From contig CAYSFT010000002.1 of the NCBI GenBank assembly GCA_964430755.1, positions 21,001 through 85,000 of the forward strand: 64,000 nucleotides of DNA, given 5' to 3'. Numbering within the stretch: the first letter of the stretch is position 1; the number at the start of each line of letters is the position of its first letter. The stretch comes from an uncultured Lachnospiraceae bacterium. GTDB taxonomy: Bacteria > Bacillota > Clostridia > Oscillospirales > CAG-272. The notes below the pieces were generated by a model. That model was not told where the DNA came from, did not search any database, and saw only the letters and a program-made list of their open reading frames with translations. Shown piece after piece: positions 38,445 through 46,859 of the stretch. A program made the position numbers and the translations under genes.

Positions 38445-38813
38445 CATATTGGGAAAGAGGTGGAAACACTCTAAAACATCGTTCGGGGTCATATCCAAAA
38501 TCAAGGCTAACGCCATAATCTCACTTGCGGTGAAGTCCGACTTGCCCGACATTTTACGGCGGAGCGTCGCATCTGTGATGACACGCCCCAAGAGATTGTT
38601 GAAAATCATAAGTATATCGCTATTGGTTAGACCGAGTTCCTTTTTGCGATTCTCCAAAAAGTCTTTGTCGGCAGCGTTATAAACGCTATCCCGACAAGTT
38701 GCGGATTGAGAATACACAAGGCTTTTGTTTTTCTCTCGGAATTGCTCGGCTGTTTTCGGGGAGCAAAGAGCGTTCAATCGTTCTCTGTTCTCTTGTATCT
38801 TGGTCTTATCCAT
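38442..38813 (-). CDS. HTH-domain protein next to the integrase (possible regulator or excision factor)
   Basis: 123 aa. The C-terminal part is XRE-like (MSGKSDFTASEIMALALILDMTPNDVL). Its start lies 4 nt after the int stop. Confidence 0.6.
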   Translation of the reverse strand: MDKTKIQENRERLNALCSPKTAEQFREKNKSLVYSQSATCRDSVYNAADKDFLENRKKELGLTNSDILMIFNNLLGRVITDATLRRKMSGKSDFTASEIMALALILDMTPNDVLECFHLFPNM

Positions 38814-38816
38814 TGT

Positions 38817-39791
38817 TTATGCTCCTTTTCTTATGTTGCCACGCAGGGGGCGAGGTGTTTGGATTTGGGTTACGAAGTTGAGTTTTTCGGCACTTTCTTG
38901 AAGCATACCCATATCTTCGTTTATATATCGTCTTAACACACGGACATCACTAATCACCATAAGTTTTCTTGTTTTCTCGGTATCTTCAAGAGTGCCGTAT
39001 GTTTTGGTTGCGAATGTTCGTCTAAACTCATGACACGCTCTCGGCTTGACTCCTGCCACATTACAGAGTTCATACATATTTTTTGAAACTGTGTCGGGGT
39101 GTAGCATATTCCCCTCAACATTGGGGAAAAGGTACTCATAGCCTTCCTCTTTCAGCCGTGTCATTTTCAAATATCTTCTCAAAGCGACTTTCAAATCGGA
39201 GTTGAGGGGGATTTGCTGAATCTTGAACACATTGTTTCTCTTGATGTGTCGGAGAATCAAGATGTTTTCCTCAAACCGCACATCTTCAATCAGCATATTG
39301 ACAAGTGTGCCTCGTCTTATGCCAGTGAGCAAAAATGTAATCATCATATAATAGTCCCTTACCTCGCTGAATGTTTTAGAGGTTTTGTATCGGCAATTCA
39401 AGAGTTGCTTTATTTCTTCATCGGAATACACCGTAACCTCGTCTTTAGCAGGGGCTTGAAAGAGTTTGATTTTGAAAGGGACAAGGTTTTCTTCCTCAAA
39501 CAGATAGGAAGTAAAGGCTTTTAATGTCCTCAAATAAGTGTTGCGTGTTTCAACGGCTATCTCCATATCCAAAAGATGAAGTTTGTATTTTTCAACGAGG
39601 TCTTTGTCTATCTCGGAAATATCTGTATAGGCTTTATCGTCACAGAACTTCAAGAAGTCCTTAATTGAGCCTTTGTAGGAACGAATGGTAGCATCTCTGC
39701 GACCCTCGGCAATCTTTGATGTAATAAAACTATCGAAAGCGTTTATAATCGAAACGCCACTTTTTTCTATGTTCTTAATTTTTCTCTTCAT
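38817..39791 (-). CDS. int: tyrosine-type site-specific integrase
   Basis: SAM-like N-domain, then TGIRRGTL (R), CHEFRRTFA (HxxR) and VLRRYIN (Tyr). Sits next to the tRNA attachment site. Confidence 0.9.
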   Translation of the reverse strand: MKRKIKNIEKSGVSIINAFDSFITSKIAEGRRDATIRSYKGSIKDFLKFCDDKAYTDISEIDKDLVEKYKLHLLDMEIAVETRNTYLRTLKAFTSYLFEEENLVPFKIKLFQAPAKDEVTVYSDEEIKQLLNCRYKTSKTFSEVRDYYMMITFLLTGIRRGTLVNMLIEDVRFEENILILRHIKRNNVFKIQQIPLNSDLKVALRRYLKMTRLKEEGYEYLFPNVEGNMLHPDTVSKNMYELCNVAGVKPRACHEFRRTFATKTYGTLEDTEKTRKLMVISDVRVLRRYINEDMGMLQESAEKLNFVTQIQTPRPLRGNIRKGA

Positions 39792-39966
39792 AACAATTTA
39801 ATCTCCTTTATCAAAATATCTATAATCAGCATCACCTCTGCGCAGAGATTATTTTTTTGCTTGTACTCGTATTCTAACATATTTTTTCGCAAAAGTCAAG
39901 AGTGAGCGGTCAAAAATTACCGATTATTTTTGATAGCACAAGATAATTACGGAATTGTGGGCAAAT

Positions 39967-40010
39967 CATATTATACTAAAAACAGAATTGAGTTTATTTA
40001 GTATAATATG
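39967..40010. repeat. 14-bp perfect inverted repeat upstream of int
   Basis: catattatactaaa-N16-tttagtataatatg. Each arm contains a TATAAT hexamer on one strand. Confidence 0.5.
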
Positions 40011-40104
40011 CGTTTTCCCAGCATCAGCAAATTGTTAGAAAAAATACTCGAAAATATTTTTTCTCGTCTTGCTGAAAATCAAAAAATTACAGACCTATTG
40101 ATTA

Positions 40105-40152
40105 CACAAAAAACAAACCCCTTTCCGTGATTGTAAAAACCACGAAAAGAGG
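40105..40152 (-). terminator. rho-independent terminator of the element-borne tRNA
   Basis: On the minus strand: cctcttttcgtg-N11-cacggaaagggg (12 bp with two G-U pairs) followed by tttgttttttg. Confidence 0.65.
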
Positions 40153-40167
40153 CTTGTTATAAGGGTT

Positions 40168-40242
40168 TGGAGCTGGTGGAGGGATTTGAACCCTCGGCCT
40201 ATTGATTACGAATCAATTGCGCTACCCCTGCGCCACACCAGC
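40168..40242 (-). tRNA. tRNA-Thr, anticodon CGU (intact, carried inside the element)
   Basis: Reverse-complement cloverleaf: GCTGGTG-TG-GCGC-AGGGGTA-GCGC-A-ATTGA-TTCGTAA-TCAAT-AGGCC-GAGGG-TTCAAAT-CCCTC-CACCAGC-T-CCA. Confidence 0.92.
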
Positions 40243-40273
40243 ATTGCTATTTAGTTGTAAAACTCGTAATACA

Positions 40274-40285
40274 ATTACGAATCAA
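40274..40285. repeat. att core direct repeat, right copy
   Basis: attacgaatcaa, preceded by its inverted partner tcgtaat-aca (40264-40273). Confidence 0.8.
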
Positions 40286-40311
40286 TTGCGCTACCACTGC
40301 GCCATTCCAGC
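40274..40311 (-). pseudogene. orphan 5' half of the disrupted host tRNA-Thr(CGU) gene
   Basis: Reverse complement gctggaatggcgcagtggtagcgcaattgattcgtaat. The acceptor strand GCTGGAA is exactly complementary to TTCCAGC in the fragment at 34537. Confidence 0.85.
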
Positions 40312-40372
40312 TTATTTTAATTTTACTGTTGCAATTGCGTCAAAAATGTGATACAATATAGACAACACTAAT

Positions 40373-40401
40373 ATTATACCCGATTTGACTTCATTTGTCA
40401 A
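40373..40401 (-). promoter_or_regulatory. consensus sigma-A promoter reading into the tRNA locus
   Basis: On the minus strand: TTGACA-aatgaagtcaaatcggg-TATAAT (17-nt spacer), about 55 nt upstream of the orphan 5' half. Confidence 0.65.
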
Positions 40402-40456
40402 TAGCCGTATACGAAAAAAATAAAGTTTTTCACGGCAGTCGGGGCTTGGAGAATAT

Positions 40457-41338
40457 ATGAGACTTACAGATTTATCGACCATCCGTGAGATTATGTCGCG
40501 TCACGGTGTTTCTTTCCAGAAAAAATTCGGACAAAACTTTCTTATAAATCCGCAGGTGCCTGTTAAGATCGCGGACGCCGCTTGTGTTCGTCCCGATGAT
40601 ATGCCGCTTGGTATACTTGAGATCGGTCCCGGTATCGGTACGCTTACACGTGAGCTTGCCGAGCGTGCTGACAAGGTTATTGCGCTTGAAATTGACACCG
40701 CGCTCATACCGATTCTTGACGAAACGCTTGCCGATTGCCCTAATACATCCGTCATCAATCAGGATGTTATGAAAACCGATCTTGATGCGCTTATTGAGAG
40801 TGAATTTCTCTCGCAGAGTATGCGTGTATCGGTCGCGGCAAATTTGCCTTATTACATCACGACGCCGATACTCATGAAGCTCGTTGAATCGAAGCTCCCG
40901 TTTGAAACGATAACTGTAATGATACAAAAAGAGGTTGCACAGCGTTTGACCGCGCCTGCAGGGGACAGCGAGTACGGTGCGATTACGGCATCCCTTGCAT
41001 ACTACGGCAAAACCGAGCGACTTTTCACAGTGCCGGCAGGTTGCTTTTTGCCTGCGCCAAAAGTGGATTCGGCGGTTATTCGTATAACGCTTCATAAAGA
41101 GCCGCCGGTCAGTGTCATTGACGAAGCGACGTTATTCAAAACGATACGCGGCGCATTTGCACAGAGAAGAAAAACGCTCTCGAACTCGCTTTCCACCGAG
41201 TTTTCGCATCTCGGACGAGAGGGAATTGCCGCGGCGATTGCGGAGACAGGACTTGACGCTTCGATACGCGGTGAGCGTTTGACGCTTGAGGATTTTGCTC
41301 GGCTCGCGGATGCGCTTTATAGGATGGGAAATGATTAA
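40457..41338 (+). CDS. rsmA: 16S rRNA (adenine1518/1519-N6)-dimethyltransferase
   Basis: KKFGQNFL, EIGPGIGTLT and NLPYYITTPI motifs. Confidence 0.95.
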   Translation: MRLTDLSTIREIMSRHGVSFQKKFGQNFLINPQVPVKIADAACVRPDDMPLGILEIGPGIGTLTRELAERADKVIALEIDTALIPILDETLADCPNTSVINQDVMKTDLDALIESEFLSQSMRVSVAANLPYYITTPILMKLVESKLPFETITVMIQKEVAQRLTAPAGDSEYGAITASLAYYGKTERLFTVPAGCFLPAPKVDSAVIRITLHKEPPVSVIDEATLFKTIRGAFAQRRKTLSNSLSTEFSHLGREGIAAAIAETGLDASIRGERLTLEDFARLADALYRMGND

Positions 41339-41543
41339 AAGTTTTACGTGCCGTATTCACTGCGGTGCGTAATTTTTTTATGCAAAGAAAGTTAAAATAT
41401 TAACAATCTGTAAAAAATAAAAATAAATTTCAAAAAACACTTGCAATTGACGGATATATAATGTATAATATATAATGCGGAGGAATGGTATTCTCTCCCA
41501 AAAAACGAACAAAAAACATAATTTTTACATAAGGAGAACCAAA

Positions 41544-43325
41544 ATGGCACTTACTACCAATAAGTACGTTAACGAGTGGATCGACGAGATGGCTGCGATG
41601 ACAAAGCCCGATAAGATCGTTCTTATCGACGGCTCACAGGAGCAGATTGATGCTCTTCGTGATGAGGCTTGCTCAACCGGCGAGATCATCAAATTAAACC
41701 AGGAACTTCTTCCCGACTGCTATCTTCACAGAACTGCTATAAACGACGTTGCACGTGTTGAGGGCAGAACATTCATCTGTACCTCCAAGAAAGAGGACGC
41801 AGGCAACATCAACAACTGGATGGATCCTAAGGAATGCTATGCAAAGCTCACCAAGCTTTACACAGGCGCGATGAAGGGCAGAACCATGTACGTTATTCCG
41901 TACTCGATGTCTGCTGTTGGCTCTCCATTCGCAAAGTACGGTATCGAGCTTACCGACTCCATCTACGTTGTACTTAACATGGTTATCATGACTCGCGTAG
42001 GTCTTGATGTTCTCAAGGCTCTCGGCGACGATGCAGGCTTCATCAAGGGACTTCACGCAAAGGCTGACCTCGATGAAGAAAACCGTTACATTGTACATTT
42101 CCCCGAGGATAACACAATCTGGTCTGTTAACTCCGGTTACGGCGGAAACGTTCTTCTCGGAAAGAAGTGCTTTGCGCTTCGTATCGCTTCCTACCTCGGA
42201 CGCAAAGAGGGCTGGATGGCAGAGCATATGCTCATCCTCGGAATTGAAGCTCCGAATGGCGAAGTTAAGTACGTAACAGGCGCATTCCCGTCTGCTTGCG
42301 GAAAGACCAATCTCGCAATGCTTATTCCGCCGGAAATTTACAAGAAGAAGGGTTACAAGGCATGGTGCGTCGGCGACGATATCGCTTGGCTTCGTGTTGG
42401 CGATGACGGCAGACTTTGGGCTGTTAACCCCGAGAATGGTTTCTTCGGTGTTGCTCCCGGTACAAACGAGCAGTCCAACCCCAACGCTCTCCACACCTGC
42501 ATGAAGAACACCATCTTCACAAACGTAGTTCACAATCTCGACAACGACACCGTTTGGTGGGAAGGGCTTGACAAGAATCCTCCTGCAAACGCTATCGACT
42601 GGAAGGGCAACAAGTGGGATTACACCAAGTACGACAAGAAGGATAAGTCCACTTGCGGTGCTCATCCGAACTCACGTTTCACCGCTTCTGCGGCTAACTG
42701 CCCCTGCCTCTCCTCCGAGTTCAACAATCCGGCAGGCGTTCCGATCTCCGCTATCATCTTTGGTGGCAGACGTGCAAAGACAGCTCCGCTGGTATATCAG
42801 GCAAGAAGCTGGCAGCACGGTGTATTCGTTGGCTCGATCATGGCTTCCGAAACTACCGCTGCGGCTACCGGTGCAGTTGGCGTTGTAAGACGTGACCCGA
42901 TGGCAATGCGTCCTTTCACCGGTTACGATATGGGTGACTACTTCGGTCACTGGCTTGCAATGGGCAAGAAGATTTCCAATCCTCCGATGATCTTCAACGT
43001 AAACTGGTTCAGAACCGACGACGAAGGTCACTTCATCTGGCCGGGATTTGGCGACAATATGCGCGTTGTAATGTGGATCCTCGCTCGCTGTGCAGGTGAG
43101 GTTGACGCAGTTGAGACACCTATCGGATTTGTTCCGAAGGCAGAGGATATTGAGATCGACGGTCTCGACATCACTGTTGACACTGTACGCGACCTGCTCG
43201 ACGTTGATGCGGCACTCTGGAAAGAGGAGATTGCAGGTATCGACGAATTCTACAAGCAGATCGGCGACCGCGTTCCGAAGGAGCTTTACGACGAGCTCGA
43301 CGCTCTCAAAGCAAGACTTGGCTAA
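41544..43325 (+). CDS. pckG: phosphoenolpyruvate carboxykinase (GTP)
   Basis: FPSACGKTN, WMAEHML and GDDIAW motifs. ATG at 41544 after aaggaga; the track ORF starts 23 codons earlier. Confidence 0.95.
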   Translation: MALTTNKYVNEWIDEMAAMTKPDKIVLIDGSQEQIDALRDEACSTGEIIKLNQELLPDCYLHRTAINDVARVEGRTFICTSKKEDAGNINNWMDPKECYAKLTKLYTGAMKGRTMYVIPYSMSAVGSPFAKYGIELTDSIYVVLNMVIMTRVGLDVLKALGDDAGFIKGLHAKADLDEENRYIVHFPEDNTIWSVNSGYGGNVLLGKKCFALRIASYLGRKEGWMAEHMLILGIEAPNGEVKYVTGAFPSACGKTNLAMLIPPEIYKKKGYKAWCVGDDIAWLRVGDDGRLWAVNPENGFFGVAPGTNEQSNPNALHTCMKNTIFTNVVHNLDNDTVWWEGLDKNPPANAIDWKGNKWDYTKYDKKDKSTCGAHPNSRFTASAANCPCLSSEFNNPAGVPISAIIFGGRRAKTAPLVYQARSWQHGVFVGSIMASETTAAATGAVGVVRRDPMAMRPFTGYDMGDYFGHWLAMGKKISNPPMIFNVNWFRTDDEGHFIWPGFGDNMRVVMWILARCAGEVDAVETPIGFVPKAEDIEIDGLDITVDTVRDLLDVDAALWKEEIAGIDEFYKQIGDRVPKELYDELDALKARLG

Positions 43326-43335
43326 TTAATATTAT

Positions 43336-43370
43336 GAGCATCTGATTTTTATGTCAGGTGCTCGTTTTTA
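43336..43370 (+). terminator. rho-independent terminator of pckG
   Basis: Stem gagcatctga / tcaggtgctc followed by gttttt. Confidence 0.8.
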
Positions 43371-43373
43371 TTA

Positions 43374-43406
43374 TAAAAGAAAAATCCTCACCATTACAGT
43401 GAGGAT
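43374..43406 (-). terminator. rho-independent terminator of the XRE gene
   Basis: On the minus strand: atcctcac-tgtaatg-gtgaggat followed by ttttctttt. Confidence 0.7.
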
Positions 43407-43618
43407 TAAATGTTTCTTTTGGGATTGTCGGTTAGTCCGAGGAGATAATCGGTGGAAACGCCGTAATAATCTGCAATTTTAACTAATATTTCGATCGGCA
43501 GTGCATGAACACCCGTTTCATACTGTGAATAAGTATTTTGACTTATATGCAGATATTTGGCTAAATCCTTTTGCTTTAAATCTGCATCTTCACGTAAATC
43601 TCTTATACGTAATCGCAT
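43406..43618 (-). CDS. XRE-family HTH transcriptional regulator (70 aa)
   Basis: LREDADLKQKDLAKYLHISQNTYSQYETG is a classical Cro/CI HTH. Confidence 0.85.
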   Translation of the reverse strand: MRLRIRDLREDADLKQKDLAKYLHISQNTYSQYETGVHALPIEILVKIADYYGVSTDYLLGLTDNPKRNI

Positions 43619-43643
43619 TTCATCACCCTAAAATATTATACAT

Positions 43644-43689
43644 TATCTCGAAGTGAGATATTGACATTTATCTTGAAACAAGATATAAT
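43644..43689 (+). promoter_or_regulatory. promoter with two related palindromic operators
   Basis: TATCTCgaagtGAGATA (43644-43660), TTGACA (43661-43666), TATCTTGaaaCAAGATA (43669-43685), and TATAAT (43684-43689, 17-nt spacer). Confidence 0.55.
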
Positions 43690-43725
43690 GTAATTGTACA
43701 CATAATTTTAGGAGGAAATGCAGCA

Positions 43726-43995
43726 ATGGAAAAAAGTCTTCAGGAAAGGGTAGAGCTTTTAATGAAAGCACGGGATAAAGCGGATTCACTTATTGGTGCA
43801 ATAATACTTCATCGGATAAATAATAATATGAGCCGCGAGGATTTAGCGCATGAAAGTGGAGTTGAGTTGTCAATTATTGAAAAAATGGAGGATATAGGTA
43901 TATGTCCGAATTTGTACGCCATAATAATGATTTTGCGTGCCTTAAAATTATCATTGACATTTACTGAGTTTAAATACGATATCAGTGATTTATAA
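43726..43995 (+). CDS. small HTH-like protein (89 aa), divergent from the XRE gene
   Basis: MSREDLAHESGVELSIIEKME resembles an XRE HTH. RBS is aggagg. Confidence 0.6.
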   Translation: MEKSLQERVELLMKARDKADSLIGAIILHRINNNMSREDLAHESGVELSIIEKMEDIGICPNLYAIIMILRALKLSLTFTEFKYDISDL

Positions 43996-44054
43996 TTGGT
44001 AGATATAGTAATTTGAGTTTATGTGAAGTTAGCGGTTTGATTATCTATGCGGCT

Positions 44055-44560
44055 CATGCTCTCATCCGTCACACTTCCGGCGTGCCACCTTCCCCCAAGG
44101 GAAGGCTTTGGAGTTGATTTGAATATATGAAACAGAAAATGAAAACTTTTTTAAATTCAATCAAAATTTCGTTTTGCGGCATAAAGTTACCAAAAGGCTT
44201 CCCCTGGGGGAAGCTGTCGAGCTTTGCGAGACTGATGAGGGCAATTTTCGAAGTGCGGTGCTTCGAACTTCGCGTAAATTCGAGGGATGCGACACCAGCT
44301 GGCGCAGGTTTCTCACCCCTCGAGCTCCCCGTCTTCCTTGCCTGTGCTCGATTCGCGCTCAACTCCGCCTAACGGCTCCGGATTCGCTTCGTTAGCTGTA
44401 ACCGTTTCTCCGCCGCCAGCTTCGTCGGCGGCTCAAATGCACCTTTTTTCGTTTTGTTCCAAACGCCGCCTCAGCGGCTGAAGTTAGTTGGTGGCTCCGA
44501 CTAAAAAAAGCCTTCTCCGGTGGGAGAAGGTGTCGCCGATAGGCGACGGATGAGGCGTCA
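44055..44560. repeat. 0.5-kb non-coding cluster of REP/MITE-like repeats
   Basis: Units at about 44055-44111 (+), 44192-44243 (-) and 44505-44560 (-) match the family at 27072 and 11034. The GC-rich hairpin-rich filler between them has no credible ORF. Confidence 0.7.
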
Positions 44561-44578
44561 ACAAGCGGATTTGACTAC

Positions 44579-44606
44579 ACAAAAAAGGACGTCTGAAAAA
44601 CGTCCT
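44579..44606 (-). terminator. rho-independent terminator of yigZ
   Basis: Stem aggacgt / acgtcct with ttttttt on the minus strand. Confidence 0.75.
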
Positions 44607-44612
44607 CATTTT

Positions 44613-45278
44613 TTATCTAAAATCAAACCGTTCCCCAAGAATCTCTGGCACGATACTTCCTGCAAACATCTCGGCAAGCTTGTCTGAAAACTCCGTATAT
44701 TTCGTTTCCTTTATCGCAAGACGGAGCGTCACATTGCCGCCGAAGTCGCTTGCGTCCACGATTATGCCGTATTTGTCAAATTCATAGCTTATCTTCTGAT
44801 ATGCCGAATAATCGCAGACGATACGGAACTCGGTGTAATTTTCGTATGTCACGATGTGTGCCGCATCGAGCGCGATCTTTGCACCGTTGGCATATGCGCG
44901 CACAAGTCCACCTGCACCGAGCAAAATACCGCCGAAATAGCGTGTGACAACGACACAGCAATCGTCAGCACCGCTTTTTTTGATCACGTCAAGTATCGGA
45001 ACGCCTGCTGTACCTTGCGGTTCACCGTCGTCGCTGTAACGTGCGATACCGCCACCGTTCAGCTGATATGCGTAGCAATTGTGCGTTGCATCAGAGTGCT
45101 TTTTGCGTATCTTTGCGATAAATTCAGTTGCTTCCGCTTCGGTTTTTACAGGGCAGGCGTAACCGATGAACACCGATTTTTTCTCGGTGAATTCCGCGGA
45201 TGCTTCACGCTCAAGTGTTGTATATGTGCGAGGGGCATCAGCCACAGGTGTATCAATATTCTTCGTCTTCTTCGCCAT
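44613..45278 (-). CDS. yigZ: YigZ/IMPACT-family protein
   Basis: EKKSVFIGYACPV...HNCYAY...DDGEPQGTAG motifs. The start (ATG 45278 or GTG 45287) lies inside the 3' end of hflX. Confidence 0.85.
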   Translation of the reverse strand: MAKKTKNIDTPVADAPRTYTTLEREASAEFTEKKSVFIGYACPVKTEAEATEFIAKIRKKHSDATHNCYAYQLNGGGIARYSDDGEPQGTAGVPILDVIKKSGADDCCVVVTRYFGGILLGAGGLVRAYANGAKIALDAAHIVTYENYTEFRIVCDYSAYQKISYEFDKYGIIVDASDFGGNVTLRLAIKETKYTEFSDKLAEMFAGSIVPEILGERFDFR

Positions 45279-46563
45279 CACATTCACCGTCTTTTTTTAC
45301 TCTGTATCGGTCGTATTGTCCGCGTGTTTTTGCGTCAACCGTTGCACGAACAGTAACAACTTCACTTCCGTAGTCGATATCAATAATCTCCGCCGAGGCA
45401 TACAGTCGGTTTACGACGCCTGCGTCTGCGTTCGGGATGATGAAGGTCTCATCAGTTTTACCGTTCTGTACCATCGCTTCGAGCTTGTTTATCAGCTCGT
45501 CAAGTCCTTCGCCCGTCAGTGCTGACACTGCAACCGAGTTTTTGTCGGGATCGAGCGCCAAGTGACCGAAACCAAACTCTGCCTGATCGCATTTGTTGTA
45601 AACGTACAGTGTTGGTTTATCTTTGGTATATTCGGACTTTTCCATGAGCTCGGACAGAAGTTTTTCTGTTACCTCAAGCTGGTTCATTGCTTCGGGATCG
45701 GATGCGTCGATTATGATCATGATTATATCTGCCCAGACTGCTTCATCAAGCGTCGATTTGAATGCCTTTATGAGATGATGCGGCAGGTTGCGGATGAAGC
45801 CGACGGTATCCGTGAGCAGGATGTCGACGCCGCAGGGAAGTGTGAATTTTCTTGTTGTGGTGTCGAGCGTTGCGAAAAGCTTATCTTCTGCGAGGATGCC
45901 TGCGTCGGTGAGCTTGTTGAGAAGTGTTGATTTGCCTGCGTTTGTGTAGCCGACAATTGATACTTTAGTTATGCCGGAACGCTCTCGTGCTTTACGCTTT
46001 GTGAGTCTGCCGCGCTCAAGGTCGTCAAGCTCGGCGTTCAGCTGTTCCTCGCGACGCTTTAAGTGACGTCTGTCGATTTCGAGCTTGGATTCACCCGGAC
46101 CGCGTGTACCGATACCGCCGCCGAGTCGGGAAAGCTCTGTACCTTTACCTGTAAGTCGCGGTGCGGTATATTTAAGCTGTGCAAGCTCAACCTGGAGCTT
46201 ACCCTCGGCAGACGTTGCATGGAGAGCAAATATATCAAGTATAAGCATGGAACGGTCGAGAACACGCACGTCACAGTCGATGCCGTCCTCGATGTTGCGA
46301 ATCTGCATTGGCGAGAGCTCGAGGTCGAAGATGACGAGCTTGATATCGTTTGCCTTGCAAAGGTCGGACAGCTCCACAAGCTTACCGCTTCCGATGCAGG
46401 TGCGATTATTCGGCGAGTCGAGCGACTGTATCATTTTCGCGAATACACTGCCGCCTGCTGTGTCGAGTAATCTTTCAAGCTCAGCAAGCGAGGTTTCACA
46501 TTCGCCGTCCTTCATTTTATCTGTATTGACCGCGACAAGCACGGCTCTTTCGAAATCTTCCAT
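45253..46563 (-). CDS. hflX: GTPase HflX
   Basis: HflX N-domain followed by GYTNAGKSTL, DTVGF and NKCD G-motifs. Confidence 0.95.
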   Translation of the reverse strand: MEDFERAVLVAVNTDKMKDGECETSLAELERLLDTAGGSVFAKMIQSLDSPNNRTCIGSGKLVELSDLCKANDIKLVIFDLELSPMQIRNIEDGIDCDVRVLDRSMLILDIFALHATSAEGKLQVELAQLKYTAPRLTGKGTELSRLGGGIGTRGPGESKLEIDRRHLKRREEQLNAELDDLERGRLTKRKARERSGITKVSIVGYTNAGKSTLLNKLTDAGILAEDKLFATLDTTTRKFTLPCGVDILLTDTVGFIRNLPHHLIKAFKSTLDEAVWADIIMIIIDASDPEAMNQLEVTEKLLSELMEKSEYTKDKPTLYVYNKCDQAEFGFGHLALDPDKNSVAVSALTGEGLDELINKLEAMVQNGKTDETFIIPNADAGVVNRLYASAEIIDIDYGSEVVTVRATVDAKTRGQYDRYRVKKDGECDGEEDEEY

Positions 46564-46655
46564 GGTTTGTACCTCCGTATGGGTGTTTCAGAAAACGAAA
46601 AAGGGATATGAAGCCGCCAAAAAAAGACGCTTCATACCCCAAAAGAACGAAATAA

Positions 46656-46859
46656 TTATTTCGCCTGTTCAAGACGCTTCTTGAACTTATCTACACGACC
46701 GCCTGCATCAACGAGCTTCTGCTTGCCGGTGAAGAACGGATGGCACTTAGAGCAAATTTCAACTCTCATGTCGCCCTTGGTAGAACGGGTTACAACGGTT
46801 TCGCCGCAAGCGCACTTAATTGTAACTTCCTTGTATTCGGGATGGATTCCTTCCTTCAT
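46656..46859 (-). CDS. rpmE: 50S ribosomal protein L31 (Zn-ribbon type)
   Basis: MKEGIHPEY...CACG...[13 protein letters not shown] at 46859; the track ORF adds 21 spurious codons. Confidence 0.95.
   Translation of the reverse strand: MKEGIHPEYKEVTIKCACGETVVTRSTKGDMRVEICSKCHPFFTGKQKLVDAGGRVDKFKKRLEQAK

Larger units (their letters stand above)
34574..40285. mobile_element. integrative (probably mobilisable) element of ~5.7 kb inserted in tRNA-Thr(CGU)
   Basis: Bounded by the 12-bp direct repeat attacgaatcaa (34574-34585 and 40274-40285). Contains two tyrosine recombinase genes, an HUH Rep and its own tRNA. Visibly more AT-rich than the flanks. Confidence 0.85.

Noticed and set aside
41694-42665. 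323-aa ORF on the minus strand.
   Set aside because: It lies entirely antisense to the unmistakable GTP-PEPCK gene and has no recognisable motifs. This looks like a typical shadow ORF in a GC-biased codon frame.
44069-44481. Several 64-97-aa ORFs on both strands.
   Set aside because: They lie within the REP-like repeat cluster. Their peptides are by-products of the repeat sequence (PLGEGG..., LMRA...). They have no RBS and no coding-like composition.
44055-44560. Considered whether the repeats form a CRISPR array.
   Set aside because: The units are in mixed orientation, irregularly spaced and imperfect. No cas genes are in the window.
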